Virus record (IMG/VR): IMGVR_UViG_3300046787_000390
Coordinates: 69,498 to 133,497 of that record
From: a virus
Strand: one strand, 5' to 3'
DNA length: 64,000 bases
The translations under genes and the position numbers were made by a program. The stretch's first letter is position 1. Each line of letters begins with the position of its first letter. Under the pieces are notes generated by a model. It did no database searches, was not told the DNA's origin, and worked only from the letters and a program-made list of their open reading frames with translations. Below are positions 1-10,159 of the stretch, piece after piece.

Positions 1-72
1 GATGACACAATGGCACTGGCACGTAACTGATAAAACGCTAAAATGGCAAGAGCCAAACAGACCAAGGAGATT

Positions 73-714
73 ATGATGGATTTTATTACTACAGGACCGA
101 ACCGATATTGTGTTCATTATGACAGTTGGATGGACGGTGGCGGAACCTGGTTTGGGCAAGAGTACATAGATGTTATAGAACAACAATATCCAGGTCGGGT
201 GTTTGACAAGTGTTACGAATGGTGCGCAGGACCGGCATACATTGGGTTTGGATTGTTAGACCACGGGATTTGTAAGTCTCTGTGTGCAAGCGACATATAT
301 TCTGATGCTATTCTAGCAGTTGAGCAAACAATTAAACAAAATCGATTAACTGACGTTACTGCCTATGCAACAGGGACAGTGGCAGGATTACCAGAACATG
401 AAAAATTTGATTTGGTTGTTTCTAATCCTCCGCACTTCCTTGAATGCCCGGGTGACGACAACTATCAGCGCATTGCTGTAGATCAAAATTGGGCAGCGCA
501 CCAGGAGTTCTTTGCCAACATAGGGCAGCACCTGTTGCCTAATGGAGTTATCCTGTTACAAGAAAATCAAGCAGGGTCGTTAAACAGAGAAAAAGATTTT
601 GAACAGTACATTAATGCAGCTGGCCTCAAAATAACAAATGTGTTTGACAGCCCAAAACACTATACACCAGACCACTACACGCAGATCTACTACATAGAAA
701 TTAAGCAAAAATAA
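73..714 (+). CDS. SAM-dependent methyltransferase (HemK/small MTase-like, NPPH motif)
   Basis: EWCAGPAYIG SAM-binding loop and DLVVSNPPHF motif IV; start taken at ATG 73 after AAGGAG RBS. Confidence 0.75.
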   Translation: MMDFITTGPNRYCVHYDSWMDGGGTWFGQEYIDVIEQQYPGRVFDKCYEWCAGPAYIGFGLLDHGICKSLCASDIYSDAILAVEQTIKQNRLTDVTAYATGTVAGLPEHEKFDLVVSNPPHFLECPGDDNYQRIAVDQNWAAHQEFFANIGQHLLPNGVILLQENQAGSLNREKDFEQYINAAGLKITNVFDSPKHYTPDHYTQIYYIEIKQK

Positions 715-727
715 GTTGCCTTTTGTC

Positions 728-756
728 TTGCGATGCTAAATAAACTAGTATACAAT
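728..756 (+). promoter_or_regulatory. Dual promoter: sigma70-type TTGCGA-N17-TACAAT with nested late-type TAAATA (737-742)
   Basis: Exact 17-bp spacer; lies upstream of gp32. Confidence 0.6.
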
Positions 757-834
757 ACAACTTGTATGCACAGGCAACACATCTAAATTTAGATAACAAG
801 CATATACATAGGCAACATTTATAGGAGATTAACT

Positions 835-1833
835 ATGGCATCATTAGCAGAAATTCGCGCACGTTTACAGGCAGCAGACAACAAACAAGGTGGTAATCAA
901 ACAGGCGGTGATCGCAGCATCTACCCGCACTGGAATATGGAAGAAGGCCAATCAGCTACATTACGCTTCCTCCCCGATGGTAACAACAAAAACACATTTT
1001 TCTGGGTAGAACGCCAGATGATTCGTTTGCCATTCGCTGGCATTAAAGGCGAGATGGATTCGAAACAAGTCATGGTGCAAGTACCATGCGTTGAAATGTG
1101 GGAACCAAACTCATGCCCAATCTTGGCAGAAGTCCGCACCTGGTTCAAGGACAAGAGCCTTGAAGAAATGGGTCGCAAGTACTGGAAAAAGCGTTCATAC
1201 ATCATGCAAGGTTTCGTTCGTGAAAACCCAATTGGTGATGACACTACACCGGACAATCCGATCCGCAAGTTTATCATTGGCCCACAGTTGTTCGCAACTA
1301 TCAAGGCTGTGTTGATGGACCCAGAAACAGAAGAATTGCCAACAGACGCATTGCGTGGATTGGACTTCCGTATCAGCAAAACACAAAAAGGTGGATATGC
1401 TGACTATTCTACTTCAAAGTGGAGCCGTAAGGAATCCGCACTTAATGAAGTTGAAGCAGCAGCAATTGAAGCACATGGATTGTTTGACTTGAACACATTC
1501 TTGCCAAAGCGCCCAGGCGATGTTGAGCTGCGTGTAATGAAGGAAATGTTTGAAGCATCAGTTGATGGTCAACCTTACGACACAGAGCGTTGGGGTCAAT
1601 ACTTCCGTCCAGCAGGTGTTAATGCACCTAGCGGTACCGGTGATGCAGAAGCAGCACCAGCGCCTGCTCCAGCAGCTCGTCCAGCAGCACCTGCTCCAGT
1701 AGCAGAAACTCCTGGTTGGGAAGATGAGCCAGCAGAAGCAACAGCACCAGTTGTTGTTAAGCCAGCGCCAGCCGCAGGCGGACAAAATGCTCAAGACATC
1801 TTGGCTATGATTCGTAGCCGTCAAGCTAAGTAA
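835..1833 (+). CDS. gp32: T4 gp32-like single-stranded DNA-binding protein
   Basis: LRFLP, CPIL, YWKKRSY, G.DF.I.K.QKGGYADYSTSKW motifs; acidic/Pro-Ala C-terminal tail; adjacent to UvsX. Confidence 0.9.
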   Translation: MASLAEIRARLQAADNKQGGNQTGGDRSIYPHWNMEEGQSATLRFLPDGNNKNTFFWVERQMIRLPFAGIKGEMDSKQVMVQVPCVEMWEPNSCPILAEVRTWFKDKSLEEMGRKYWKKRSYIMQGFVRENPIGDDTTPDNPIRKFIIGPQLFATIKAVLMDPETEELPTDALRGLDFRISKTQKGGYADYSTSKWSRKESALNEVEAAAIEAHGLFDLNTFLPKRPGDVELRVMKEMFEASVDGQPYDTERWGQYFRPAGVNAPSGTGDAEAAPAPAPAARPAAPAPVAETPGWEDEPAEATAPVVVKPAPAAGGQNAQDILAMIRSRQAK

Positions 1834-1842
1834 TCAGCAAAC

Positions 1843-1870
1843 ACACACAGGGGAAACTCTGTGTGTTCTT
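1843..1870 (+). terminator. Stem-loop after gp32 (terminator or processing site)
   Basis: ACACACAGGG-GAAA-CTCTGTGTGT followed by a pyrimidine tract. Confidence 0.6.
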
Positions 1871-1889
1871 CTCTCTATACAGGTGATAT

Positions 1890-2945
1890 ATGGGCAAACC
1901 ATTTGACGTAAGCAAATTTCGAAAAGAAATTACAAAAAGCATTGACGGCCTAAGCATTGGCTTCAACGATCCAACAGATTGGATCTCAACAGGCAACTTT
2001 GCCTTAAACTATTTGATCAGCGGCGACTGGAATCGCGGTATTCCACTAGGCAAAGTTACAGTATTTGCTGGCGACTCGGGCGCAGGCAAATCATACATTT
2101 GTTCTGGTAACATTATCAAGAACGCACAAGAGCAAGGCATCTTTGTTGTGCTAGTTGACTCCGAAAACGCTCTTGACGAAGACTGGCTCAAAGCACTTGG
2201 GGTTGATACTAGTGAAAGCAAGTTGCTAAAACTTAGCATGGCCATGATTGATGACGTGGCCAAAACAATCTCTACATTCATGAGTGACTACAAAGCATTA
2301 CCGGACGGTGATCGTCCAAAGGTGTTGTTTGTTATTGACTCGTTAGGTATGTTGTTGACTCCGACCGACGTTAACCAGTTCGAAGCTGGTGACATGAAAG
2401 GTGACTTGGGTCGCAAGCCTAAAGCACTTACTGCATTGGTTCGTAACTGTGTAAACATGTTTGGTGCATACGGCGTTGGTTTGGTTTGTACTAACCACAC
2501 ATACGCAAGCCAAGACATGTTTGACCCAGACGACAAGATCTCCGGTGGGCAAGGCTTTATCTACGCTAGCTCAATTGTTGTTGCTATGAAGAAGATGAAG
2601 TTGAAAGAAGACGAAGACGGCAACAAAGTTTCTGATGTAAACGGTATTCGTGCCGGCTGTAAAGTTATGAAAACACGTTATGCCAAACCGTTTGAAGGCG
2701 TACAAGTCAAGATTCCGTACACAACAGGTATGAGCCCATACTCTGGTCTTACTGACTTGATTGAAAAGAAGGGCTTGCTCAAGCGTGAGGGCAACAGCCT
2801 GGTGTTTACTACTTCAGATGGTGAGATTATCAAGAAGTTCCGCAAGGCTTGGGAAAAGAACGATGACGGTTGCCTCGATAAAGTAATGGCAGACTTTGGA
2901 AATCAGAAGGAAGAGGTAAGTACCATTGAGGAGGATTCCGAATAA
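1890..2945 (+). CDS. uvsX: UvsX/RecA-like recombinase
   Basis: Walker A GDSGAGKS, DSENALD, VIDSLG, TNHTY, SGGQG..YASS. Confidence 0.93.
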   Translation: MGKPFDVSKFRKEITKSIDGLSIGFNDPTDWISTGNFALNYLISGDWNRGIPLGKVTVFAGDSGAGKSYICSGNIIKNAQEQGIFVVLVDSENALDEDWLKALGVDTSESKLLKLSMAMIDDVAKTISTFMSDYKALPDGDRPKVLFVIDSLGMLLTPTDVNQFEAGDMKGDLGRKPKALTALVRNCVNMFGAYGVGLVCTNHTYASQDMFDPDDKISGGQGFIYASSIVVAMKKMKLKEDEDGNKVSDVNGIRAGCKVMKTRYAKPFEGVQVKIPYTTGMSPYSGLTDLIEKKGLLKREGNSLVFTTSDGEIIKKFRKAWEKNDDGCLDKVMADFGNQKEEVSTIEEDSE

Positions 2946-3190
2946 TGGAACAATTATCAAGTGTAATTTGGGATGAACTAAAACGTTATATCAACGTAGT
3001 AGATCGTGCTGAAGCAGCAGAGAATCTTGTTAGTGTATTAGTTGACAACGACTGCGATCCTGAAGAAATTAAATCAGCGTTTGCAGGAGACCTTCAGATT
3101 AAAAACGCACTAGCAGCATATATCAATGCCGACGAAGAAGAGTATGTTGACGATGATGAGGATGACACCGAATCTGAGTGGGAGGACTGA
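2945..3190 (+). CDS. Acidic hypothetical protein
   Basis: Translationally coupled ORF between uvsX and uvsY. Confidence 0.7.
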   Translation: MEQLSSVIWDELKRYINVVDRAEAAENLVSVLVDNDCDPEEIKSAFAGDLQIKNALAAYINADEEEYVDDDEDDTESEWED

Positions 3191-3642
3191 TGTGGTATAG
3201 TCGTGTAGTCGCTGACTTAGGCGCCATTCCTGATTTTATTGCTCACTATGAGAAAGAAATAGTGTCAGCTAAAAACGAATGTCGCATTGGCGGCCTTGTT
3301 GAAAAAAACATCAAGGAACTACCGGGTACCACAGAGCATCGCTTTAATCAGCTTCAAGAAATTGAAGCTGTTTTAAACCTCTTAAACATACAGTTGCGTA
3401 AGATTCGCCGTAAGCATTTTCAAAAGTACCTCGAAGGTTATGCTCGCGCACTGACAAGTCGGGATGCTGAAAAATATGTTGACGGCGAAGACGAAGTGAT
3501 TGACTTTGAAACAATTATTAACGAAGTGGCATTACTTCGTAATAAGTGGCTTGGAATTTTAAAAGGCTTAGAAACTAAGCAATGGCAAATGGGTCATATT
3601 GTACGTTTACACACAGCCGGCATGGAAGACATCACAGTTTAA
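3190..3642 (+). CDS. uvsY: UvsY-like recombination mediator
   Basis: Helical protein with YLE.Y.R.L...DAEKYVDGE pattern, in uvsX context; start at TGATG overlap. Confidence 0.75.
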   Translation: MWYSRVVADLGAIPDFIAHYEKEIVSAKNECRIGGLVEKNIKELPGTTEHRFNQLQEIEAVLNLLNIQLRKIRRKHFQKYLEGYARALTSRDAEKYVDGEDEVIDFETIINEVALLRNKWLGILKGLETKQWQMGHIVRLHTAGMEDITV

Positions 3643-4397
3643 TGTTTTTTAGAAACCCTGAAGAAAGTCATGCTCACAGTTTAGAAACATTAAACTGGTT
3701 ATACGAGCATGACGATTTCATGATGAGTGTGAGTACACTTATTGACATAGGCTGCGGCGCTGGCCTAGATTTAGAATGGTGGGCAACACGTACTACTCGA
3801 GATGAAAACCCCGAGCCACTAAACATTAAATGTGTAGGCTTAGACTTAGTAAACACTCCGACAGTGGCTAAGCAGTACGCTAACATTACATATCAACGTA
3901 ATGACTTTGAAACACAAATACATACACCTAAAAAAGAAAAGTATGATGTACTATGGTGTCACGACAGTTTTCAGTATGCACTAAATCCACTCAGTACATT
4001 AAAACTCTGGCATTCTGTGGCCGCACCTAATGCAATGCTAGCATTGATAGTTCCGCAGACAACAAACATTGAATACCGGAAACTATCATTTACGCAGCCA
4101 TCTGGCTGCTACTATCATTACACCCTTGTTAATCTCATGCACATGTTAGCCGTTAGTGGTTGGGATTGCAATGCCGGATTCTTTAAGAAATCTGCTAACG
4201 ATCCTTGGTTGCATGTTGTGGTATACAAAAGCGATCAAGAACCAATGGATCCAAAAACATCCTGGTACCAATTGGCAGACACTGGGCTGCTACCGAAGTC
4301 TGCAATGGATAGTATAAATCGATACGGGTTTATAAATCAAAACGACCTTGTATTGCCATGGCTAGATAAAAGTTTAACTTGGTATGGGCAGCAATGA
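3642..4397 (+). CDS. Class I SAM-dependent methyltransferase
   Basis: IDIGCGAG motif I, YDVLWCHDSFQY. Confidence 0.8.
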   Translation: MFFRNPEESHAHSLETLNWLYEHDDFMMSVSTLIDIGCGAGLDLEWWATRTTRDENPEPLNIKCVGLDLVNTPTVAKQYANITYQRNDFETQIHTPKKEKYDVLWCHDSFQYALNPLSTLKLWHSVAAPNAMLALIVPQTTNIEYRKLSFTQPSGCYYHYTLVNLMHMLAVSGWDCNAGFFKKSANDPWLHVVVYKSDQEPMDPKTSWYQLADTGLLPKSAMDSINRYGFINQNDLVLPWLDKSLTWYGQQ

Positions 4398-5176
4398 AAT
4401 ACGCTTATGCTCGTGACATGCCAGGGGAGCATACTAAGTGGTCGCTTACTCCCTGGCTGAAAAAGGGTTTAAAGGTATTTGATACAGTTAGACAAATACC
4501 CGACAGCTACATTTTAATTGCAAGTCATTATGCACCATGGTGGTCCCCGTTAAAAGAATACATTGCTGAACTCCGTCCTTACATTGAGATTGAATACGGA
4601 TACTGGGGACCAGATACTCCTCGACGAGAAACTCGTAGGGTAACTTATAATGGACATCATAATATGGACATGTGCCCAGTTCCATATAGCAGGGCACATT
4701 TGTTTCCTACTCCAACTCACAATACTTGGCGAACTACTCCAGGTGAGTATGTGTTGGCAATCCAGCCAGTTGAATCTGTACTCACTGAACGTACTGGCGA
4801 GAGTATGGAACAATTCAGACAGCGTATTACTAACTGTATTAGTCCCTATTGGAACGGACCTATCAAGTGGCGCAAAAAAACAGGCGCAAAGTTTGCTAGA
4901 TTTGAGTCATTCCAAGAGCAAGTTGCTAACGCTTACGCAGTAGTCGGTGAGCGAACTATGGCATGTGTAGAGTCATGTTTACTGGGTGTTCCTGCATACA
5001 CAGTAGACAAATCAATGACATCATTATTAATGGGTGATGTTAGTAATCTGGCTAACCCGCAACGCCCTGATCGTGCAGCATGGTGGGAACATATCTGTTG
5101 GAGTCAGTTTAACAGAGTAGAATTTAATACCACTGCTCCTGCAGATTTAGTAGAACAGTATCAAATTCACCGATAA
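4394..5176 (+). CDS. KpsS/KpsC-like GT-B glycosyltransferase paralog 1
   Basis: IEYGYW, ACVESCLLGVP and WWEHICWSQF, shared with five neighbouring paralogs. Confidence 0.55.
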   Translation: MKYAYARDMPGEHTKWSLTPWLKKGLKVFDTVRQIPDSYILIASHYAPWWSPLKEYIAELRPYIEIEYGYWGPDTPRRETRRVTYNGHHNMDMCPVPYSRAHLFPTPTHNTWRTTPGEYVLAIQPVESVLTERTGESMEQFRQRITNCISPYWNGPIKWRKKTGAKFARFESFQEQVANAYAVVGERTMACVESCLLGVPAYTVDKSMTSLLMGDVSNLANPQRPDRAAWWEHICWSQFNRVEFNTTAPADLVEQYQIHR

Positions 5177-5184
5177 ATATCGGC

Positions 5185-5940
5185 ATGAAGATTGTTATAG
5201 TTACTGGGGGATTTGATCCCTTGCATTCTGGCCACCTGGCATATTTCAAAGCAGCAAAAGCACTAGGCGACAAATTAATTGTTGGCGTAAATTCTGATGA
5301 ATGGTTGACCCGTAAAAAAGGTCGCCCGTTTATGCCAATGCACGAGAGAGTTGCATTAGTTAGTGCAATTGGGATAGTAGACGAAGTTGTTACTTATAAT
5401 GACGATGATGGATCTAGCTGTGATGCAATTCGTGTAGTTAAATCTCAATACCCAACTGCACACATTATCTTTGCCAACGGCGGAGATAGAACAAAAGAAA
5501 ACATTCCCGAGATGGTGTTTGATGATGTAGAATTTGCATTTGGGATTGGCGGTTTTAACAAAGCTAACTCTAGTTCATGGATTTTACAAGAATGGAAATC
5601 GCCCAAGACAGAACGTGCATGGGGCTATTATCGTGTGCTACATGAAGTAGGTTCTTGCACAAAATTAAAAGAACTCACGGTCGAGCCGGGCAAGAGCTTG
5701 AGTATGCAACAGCATCATAAAAGAAGTGAATTCTGGTTTGTGGCCTCAGGAGAAGCAACAGTTTATACATTAGCTTCATCGGGTAAACAAAATCTAATAG
5801 GAAAATTTAGCAAGCATCAGAGTGTTTGGATTAGTAGAACACAATGGCACATGCTACAAAACGATACAGAGCAGCCATTGAAGCTGATCGAAATACAATA
5901 TGGCGATCAATGTGTAGAAGAGGACATTGAACGAAAATGA
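5185..5940 (+). CDS. Cytidylyl/adenylyltransferase (TagD/RfaE-II-like) fused to mannose-6-P isomerase-type cupin
   Basis: TGGFDPLHSGH (HxGH), FANGGDR; C-terminal R.WG.Y...LSMQQHHKRSEFW cupin. Confidence 0.88.
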   Translation: MKIVIVTGGFDPLHSGHLAYFKAAKALGDKLIVGVNSDEWLTRKKGRPFMPMHERVALVSAIGIVDEVVTYNDDDGSSCDAIRVVKSQYPTAHIIFANGGDRTKENIPEMVFDDVEFAFGIGGFNKANSSSWILQEWKSPKTERAWGYYRVLHEVGSCTKLKELTVEPGKSLSMQQHHKRSEFWFVASGEATVYTLASSGKQNLIGKFSKHQSVWISRTQWHMLQNDTEQPLKLIEIQYGDQCVEEDIERK

Positions 5941-6629
5941 AACCAATCCCAATTTTTATCGGATACGATCCAAGAGAAGCAGTGGCGTATCATACATGCG
6001 CTAACTCAATCATTAGACATGCATCAAAACCTGTTGCTATTATTCCCCTAGCACTTAACTTGTTTGAAGATTACAAAGAAACACACACTGACGGTAGCAA
6101 TCAGTTTATCTATAGTCGTTTCCTTGTACCTCACTTGATGGAATACACAGGCAAAGCAATCTTTATCGACGGCGACATGATTGTAAGAGATGACATTGTA
6201 AAGCTATGGAATCTAACCGAAGGCCAAACTCACTGGGACGTTGCAGTAGTTAAACATGATTACAAGACTCGAATGACTGAAAAGTATCTTGGGTCAAAGA
6301 ATGAAAACTACCCACGCAAGAACTGGTCGAGTGTTATTGTTTGGAACTGCTACACACACCCTAATCGCAAGTTAACACCTGAGTTTATTGAAAAATCTAC
6401 AGGTGCAGAACTGCATCGTTTTACCTGGATCGACGATGATAGAATTATTGAGTTACCGATAGAGTGGAACTGGTTGCCTGATGAATTTGGGCCAAATTTA
6501 GATGCCAAGTTATTGCATTACACATTGGGCACGCCGTGCTTTCATGAGTTTGCTGATACTCCGCAAGGCGACGAGTGGCATCGCGAACACATGCTTGCAG
6601 ACTATTGTGTACAGAGATCTACGTCATGA
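5937..6629 (+). CDS. GT-A glycosyltransferase (GT8-like)
   Basis: FIGYDPRE, FIDGDM (DxD), RKNWSSV, EWNWL, HYTLGTP. Confidence 0.85.
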   Translation: MKPIPIFIGYDPREAVAYHTCANSIIRHASKPVAIIPLALNLFEDYKETHTDGSNQFIYSRFLVPHLMEYTGKAIFIDGDMIVRDDIVKLWNLTEGQTHWDVAVVKHDYKTRMTEKYLGSKNENYPRKNWSSVIVWNCYTHPNRKLTPEFIEKSTGAELHRFTWIDDDRIIELPIEWNWLPDEFGPNLDAKLLHYTLGTPCFHEFADTPQGDEWHREHMLADYCVQRSTS

Positions 6630-7420
6630 CAGTTCATTGTATTGATCGCAAAGGTAATAACATGGAGGTCAAAGACCGCCAATCTGCATTTACTCATAGA
6701 TTTGCTCAGGGATGCAACGGAATTAACACAAGTCTTCAGTCAGCAATGCTAGCCCCACTGAGTGAACCGTGGTGTATCAGAGGAATGAAATTTGCCGCAG
6801 CAGTACAACAGTGTTGGGAAAACGGCAGAACATTCTATTACATTGACAATGGTTATTTTGGTAATGTAACAGGAAAGAAGTGGTTTAGAATTATTAAAAA
6901 TCACAGCCACGATATACGATCTATTATTGCTAGAGATCGCAAAAGACTTGACCAATGCACAATAACATTGAAACCTGTGACTAAAGGTAAGACCATACTG
7001 ATTGCCCCGCCTAGTCTGAAAAGTCTAAGTCTATGGAACATGGATCCTGAACAATGGGTAAGCGAAACAATAGCAGAAATTAAAAAACACACAGATCGTC
7101 CAATTGAAATTAGATTAAAACGCCCCAGAACTGACCGTCTCAAAGAAGATACAATGGAAGAAGCACTGGATAGAAATGTTCATTGCTTAGTAACATATAA
7201 TAGTGTGGCAGCAGTAGAAGCAGTGATGCTTGGCAAGCCCGCTATTTGTCTTGGTCCTAATGCAGCCGGTGTAGTAAGTTCAACTTCACTAAGTGAAATT
7301 GAGAATCCAAAATATCCCGATGCCGATCTAAGAGAAGCTTGGTTGAGACATTTGAGTTATAGTCAATTTACATTCGACGAAATGAGCAACGGAACAGCCT
7401 GGGGAATACTCAATGGCTAA
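6626..7420 (+). CDS. KpsS/KpsC-like GT-B glycosyltransferase paralog 2
   Basis: YIDNGYF, TDRPIEIR, VTYNSVAAVEAVMLGKP, WLRHLSYSQFT. Confidence 0.6.
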   Translation: MTVHCIDRKGNNMEVKDRQSAFTHRFAQGCNGINTSLQSAMLAPLSEPWCIRGMKFAAAVQQCWENGRTFYYIDNGYFGNVTGKKWFRIIKNHSHDIRSIIARDRKRLDQCTITLKPVTKGKTILIAPPSLKSLSLWNMDPEQWVSETIAEIKKHTDRPIEIRLKRPRTDRLKEDTMEEALDRNVHCLVTYNSVAAVEAVMLGKPAICLGPNAAGVVSSTSLSEIENPKYPDADLREAWLRHLSYSQFTFDEMSNGTAWGILNG

Positions 7421-8207
7421 TAATCCTACAATGTTAGGATATGCCAAGAAGGACAAATGGGTCGGATCGTTTGTTGAACATTTAGGCGGGCGCATGGCCA
7501 CAATGGAAGAAATATATGCCAACAGCACAATTCCAATGGCATTTTCTGGTATTAGTAAATCTGCTGCCAAGACCCAAGCTGAAAAACATAATTTAGATTA
7601 CTGGTATATTGATACAGGATATCTAGGTAATGGCAGATTTAAAACTTGGTTTAGAATTACTAAAAATGGATTCCAAGTAACTGCACCTATACAAGAAAAA
7701 CCCAATGATAGATTAACTAAACTAAGGATCAATAGAAAGCAAATTCGTCGCGGCAGTAAAATAATGGTTGTTCCTATTGATCCCAAGGTTGCAAGTGGCT
7801 ATCAAATATCAGACCCCGACACTTGGCTACATCAAACCATTGCTACAATTAAAACTTACACAGACAGGGAAATTGTTGTTCGTCACCGTCCTGCCAGTAG
7901 AGAAGTTCGTGTTACTACAGATACTTTTGTAGATGCATTACACCAGGATATTAGTGCAGTAGTAACTTGGGCAAGCAACTGCGGAGTAGAAGCAGTGCAG
8001 CATGGTATTCCTGTTGTTAGCTTAGGACCTAGTGCATGTATCCAAGTCAGTGGAAAGATAGAACAGATAGACGATCTGCCGGCGTTGGACTTGGATCGCA
8101 GCGAGGCCTGGTTACGTTGGCTAAGTTACAATCAGTTTACGCAACTAGAAATCGAAACTGGTATCGCCTGGAATATATTACAAGAAAATTATGAACGTAT
8201 TAATTAA
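7413..8207 (+). CDS. KpsS/KpsC-like GT-B glycosyltransferase paralog 3
   Basis: YIDTGYL, TDREIVVRHRP, SNCGVEAVQHGIP, WLRWLSYNQFT. Confidence 0.6.
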   Translation: MANNPTMLGYAKKDKWVGSFVEHLGGRMATMEEIYANSTIPMAFSGISKSAAKTQAEKHNLDYWYIDTGYLGNGRFKTWFRITKNGFQVTAPIQEKPNDRLTKLRINRKQIRRGSKIMVVPIDPKVASGYQISDPDTWLHQTIATIKTYTDREIVVRHRPASREVRVTTDTFVDALHQDISAVVTWASNCGVEAVQHGIPVVSLGPSACIQVSGKIEQIDDLPALDLDRSEAWLRWLSYNQFTQLEIETGIAWNILQENYERIN

Positions 8208-9279
8208 TGCCGACGAATGGATGGCCCCGTGGCACAAGCAGTTTGTCATTGAATATTTAAAACAACAACCATGGGAAGTTAACTGGTTTGAAACTAACAA
8301 GTATATTCGTGACTGCAAACAAGAATATAAAAACTCAGGGTTGATAACAGTTGATTTTAATCGTGTAAATTATTTGTTAAAGCAAGATCTTGCAGAATTT
8401 AGAAACGACATAAACACTGCGTACAAGAAAACATTCCAAACACAAAAAGCAACTACTATAGATAGAATTTCTCAACTTGGATTGAGCAATCATGAGATTA
8501 TTACTACCTACCTTGATAACAAAGAACCCGGCTTTGCTAAATCACTAGCATATCAGTTGAGCAGCACAGTGAAGTGGATAATAGATTCCAAGGACGCAGA
8601 AAGCAATCGGCCGTTCTTTATTAGAAACACACTTAACAACGAAGACCTTCTTAAAAAATGTTTAGAGGAACAAACAAAATTTTGGTTTGTTGATACAGGG
8701 TACACAAACTTTCTCGAAGATAAAAACAAAAAGTGGCACAGACTAGTGAAAGATCATATTCACCACGGCGCTCAAACAAAGAACTTTCCAACTGATCGCT
8801 TGGACTTATTTCCTAAACTGCCAAAGGGCTGGCGAAGAAAAGGATCCACTATACTTGTAATAGAAGGTAGCCCCACACATTATCAAATGAGGGGCACTAC
8901 ACTAGAAGCATGGCGGGAACATATCACACAGGAAATCCGCAAGTATAGCGATCGAGAAATTGAGTTCCGTCCCAAGGAACTTAGTCGAAAGAATCGTGTG
9001 TCAGTTTACGAAACACTACGAGGAACTAAAGAGTATTATTGTGTTGTGAGCGATTCGAGTGCCGCAGCAGTTGAAGCCATTTGGACAGGTACTCCGGTTA
9101 TCACATTAGAACGACATATTACTAATTCTGTGTCTAGAAATACGCTAGCAGACATTGACAATTTGTTTCGGTCAGATATAGAACGCTGGCTAACAATGTT
9201 GTCTTATAGTCAATACACGTTTGATGAGTTATGCAACGGTACAGCAGTTGGAATAGTCAAGGAGTATTTTGATGCATGA
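8191..9279 (+). CDS. KpsS/KpsC-like GT-B glycosyltransferase paralog 4 (N-terminal extension)
   Basis: FVDTGY, SDREIEFRPK, SSAAAVEAIWTGTP, WLTMLSYSQYT. Confidence 0.6.
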   Translation: MNVLINADEWMAPWHKQFVIEYLKQQPWEVNWFETNKYIRDCKQEYKNSGLITVDFNRVNYLLKQDLAEFRNDINTAYKKTFQTQKATTIDRISQLGLSNHEIITTYLDNKEPGFAKSLAYQLSSTVKWIIDSKDAESNRPFFIRNTLNNEDLLKKCLEEQTKFWFVDTGYTNFLEDKNKKWHRLVKDHIHHGAQTKNFPTDRLDLFPKLPKGWRRKGSTILVIEGSPTHYQMRGTTLEAWREHITQEIRKYSDREIEFRPKELSRKNRVSVYETLRGTKEYYCVVSDSSAAAVEAIWTGTPVITLERHITNSVSRNTLADIDNLFRSDIERWLTMLSYSQYTFDELCNGTAVGIVKEYFDA

Positions 9280-10159
9280 CGTAGTTGTTTACCTTAGCAG
9301 CTTGCCACGCATTGCTGATCGTGATCGCAAAGTAGAAGTGTTAAAAGCATTTGCTAACGGGGGTAATCACTTGGGATTAAAAACTTTGCTACAAGATAGA
9401 ACACAAGTTGTGCCTGCTAGGTTGGGCGTTATATTAGGATGGGTTGGCCAAAGTATCAAAGGACCGCACATACAGTTGCGCAAGGATGTTATTAACACAC
9501 AAAAGGTAATGAGCATTGACGGTAGTTGTTTCAAGTTTGCAGATCCAACAAGTATTTTTCTGCGTTATAGTTTAGATGGCGTGTATTACAATACAAACGA
9601 ATACGCAAACAAGAACAGCAGTCCGGATAAATGGAATCAGGTAAAGCAACGTTTAAATCTTGAACTGAAGCCTTGGCGTAGCAACGGTAATCATATACTG
9701 GTATGCGGGCAACGCGATGGCGGCTGGTCAATGAAAGGCGTTGACATGAACCAATGGGTACTAGAAACAGTTCAACAGATTAGAAAAGCTACTGACAGGC
9801 CTATTGTAGTACGAGCACACCCAAAGAACCCAGTTAATGCCAAGTTGTTTAGACAATTTGTTAACGTTCAGATGAGTACCAATCAATCACTACAGCAAGA
9901 TTTGTCTAATGCCTGGGCTAGTGTGTTTTTTAATAGCTCAAGTTGTGTAGCTAGTGTGTTATTGGGCGTTCCTGTGTTTGCAACAGACTCTGATTGTGTT
10001 GCTTGGCAGATAGCAACCCAGGATATAACACAAATAGAAAAGCCACTGACTCCTGTTAGGGAACAATGGCTTTGGGATTTATCAGCAGCCCACTGGACTG
10101 ACGAAGAAAGCAGAGCTGGGTTAATTTACAACAAGTTTAAACTGTTGTTACCAACCTAA
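9272..10159 (+). CDS. KpsS/KpsC-like GT-B glycosyltransferase paralog 5
   Basis: ILVCGQ, TDRPIVVRAHP, FNSSSCVASVLLGVP, REQWLWDL. Confidence 0.6.
   Translation: MHDVVVYLSSLPRIADRDRKVEVLKAFANGGNHLGLKTLLQDRTQVVPARLGVILGWVGQSIKGPHIQLRKDVINTQKVMSIDGSCFKFADPTSIFLRYSLDGVYYNTNEYANKNSSPDKWNQVKQRLNLELKPWRSNGNHILVCGQRDGGWSMKGVDMNQWVLETVQQIRKATDRPIVVRAHPKNPVNAKLFRQFVNVQMSTNQSLQQDLSNAWASVFFNSSSCVASVLLGVPVFATDSDCVAWQIATQDITQIEKPLTPVREQWLWDLSAAHWTDEESRAGLIYNKFKLLLPT

Noticed and set aside
73-714. DNA N6-adenine methyltransferase of a restriction-modification system
   Set aside because: The NPPH motif and size fit HemK/small RNA-or-protein MTases equally well; there is no target-recognition domain or partner nuclease, so the substrate is left open
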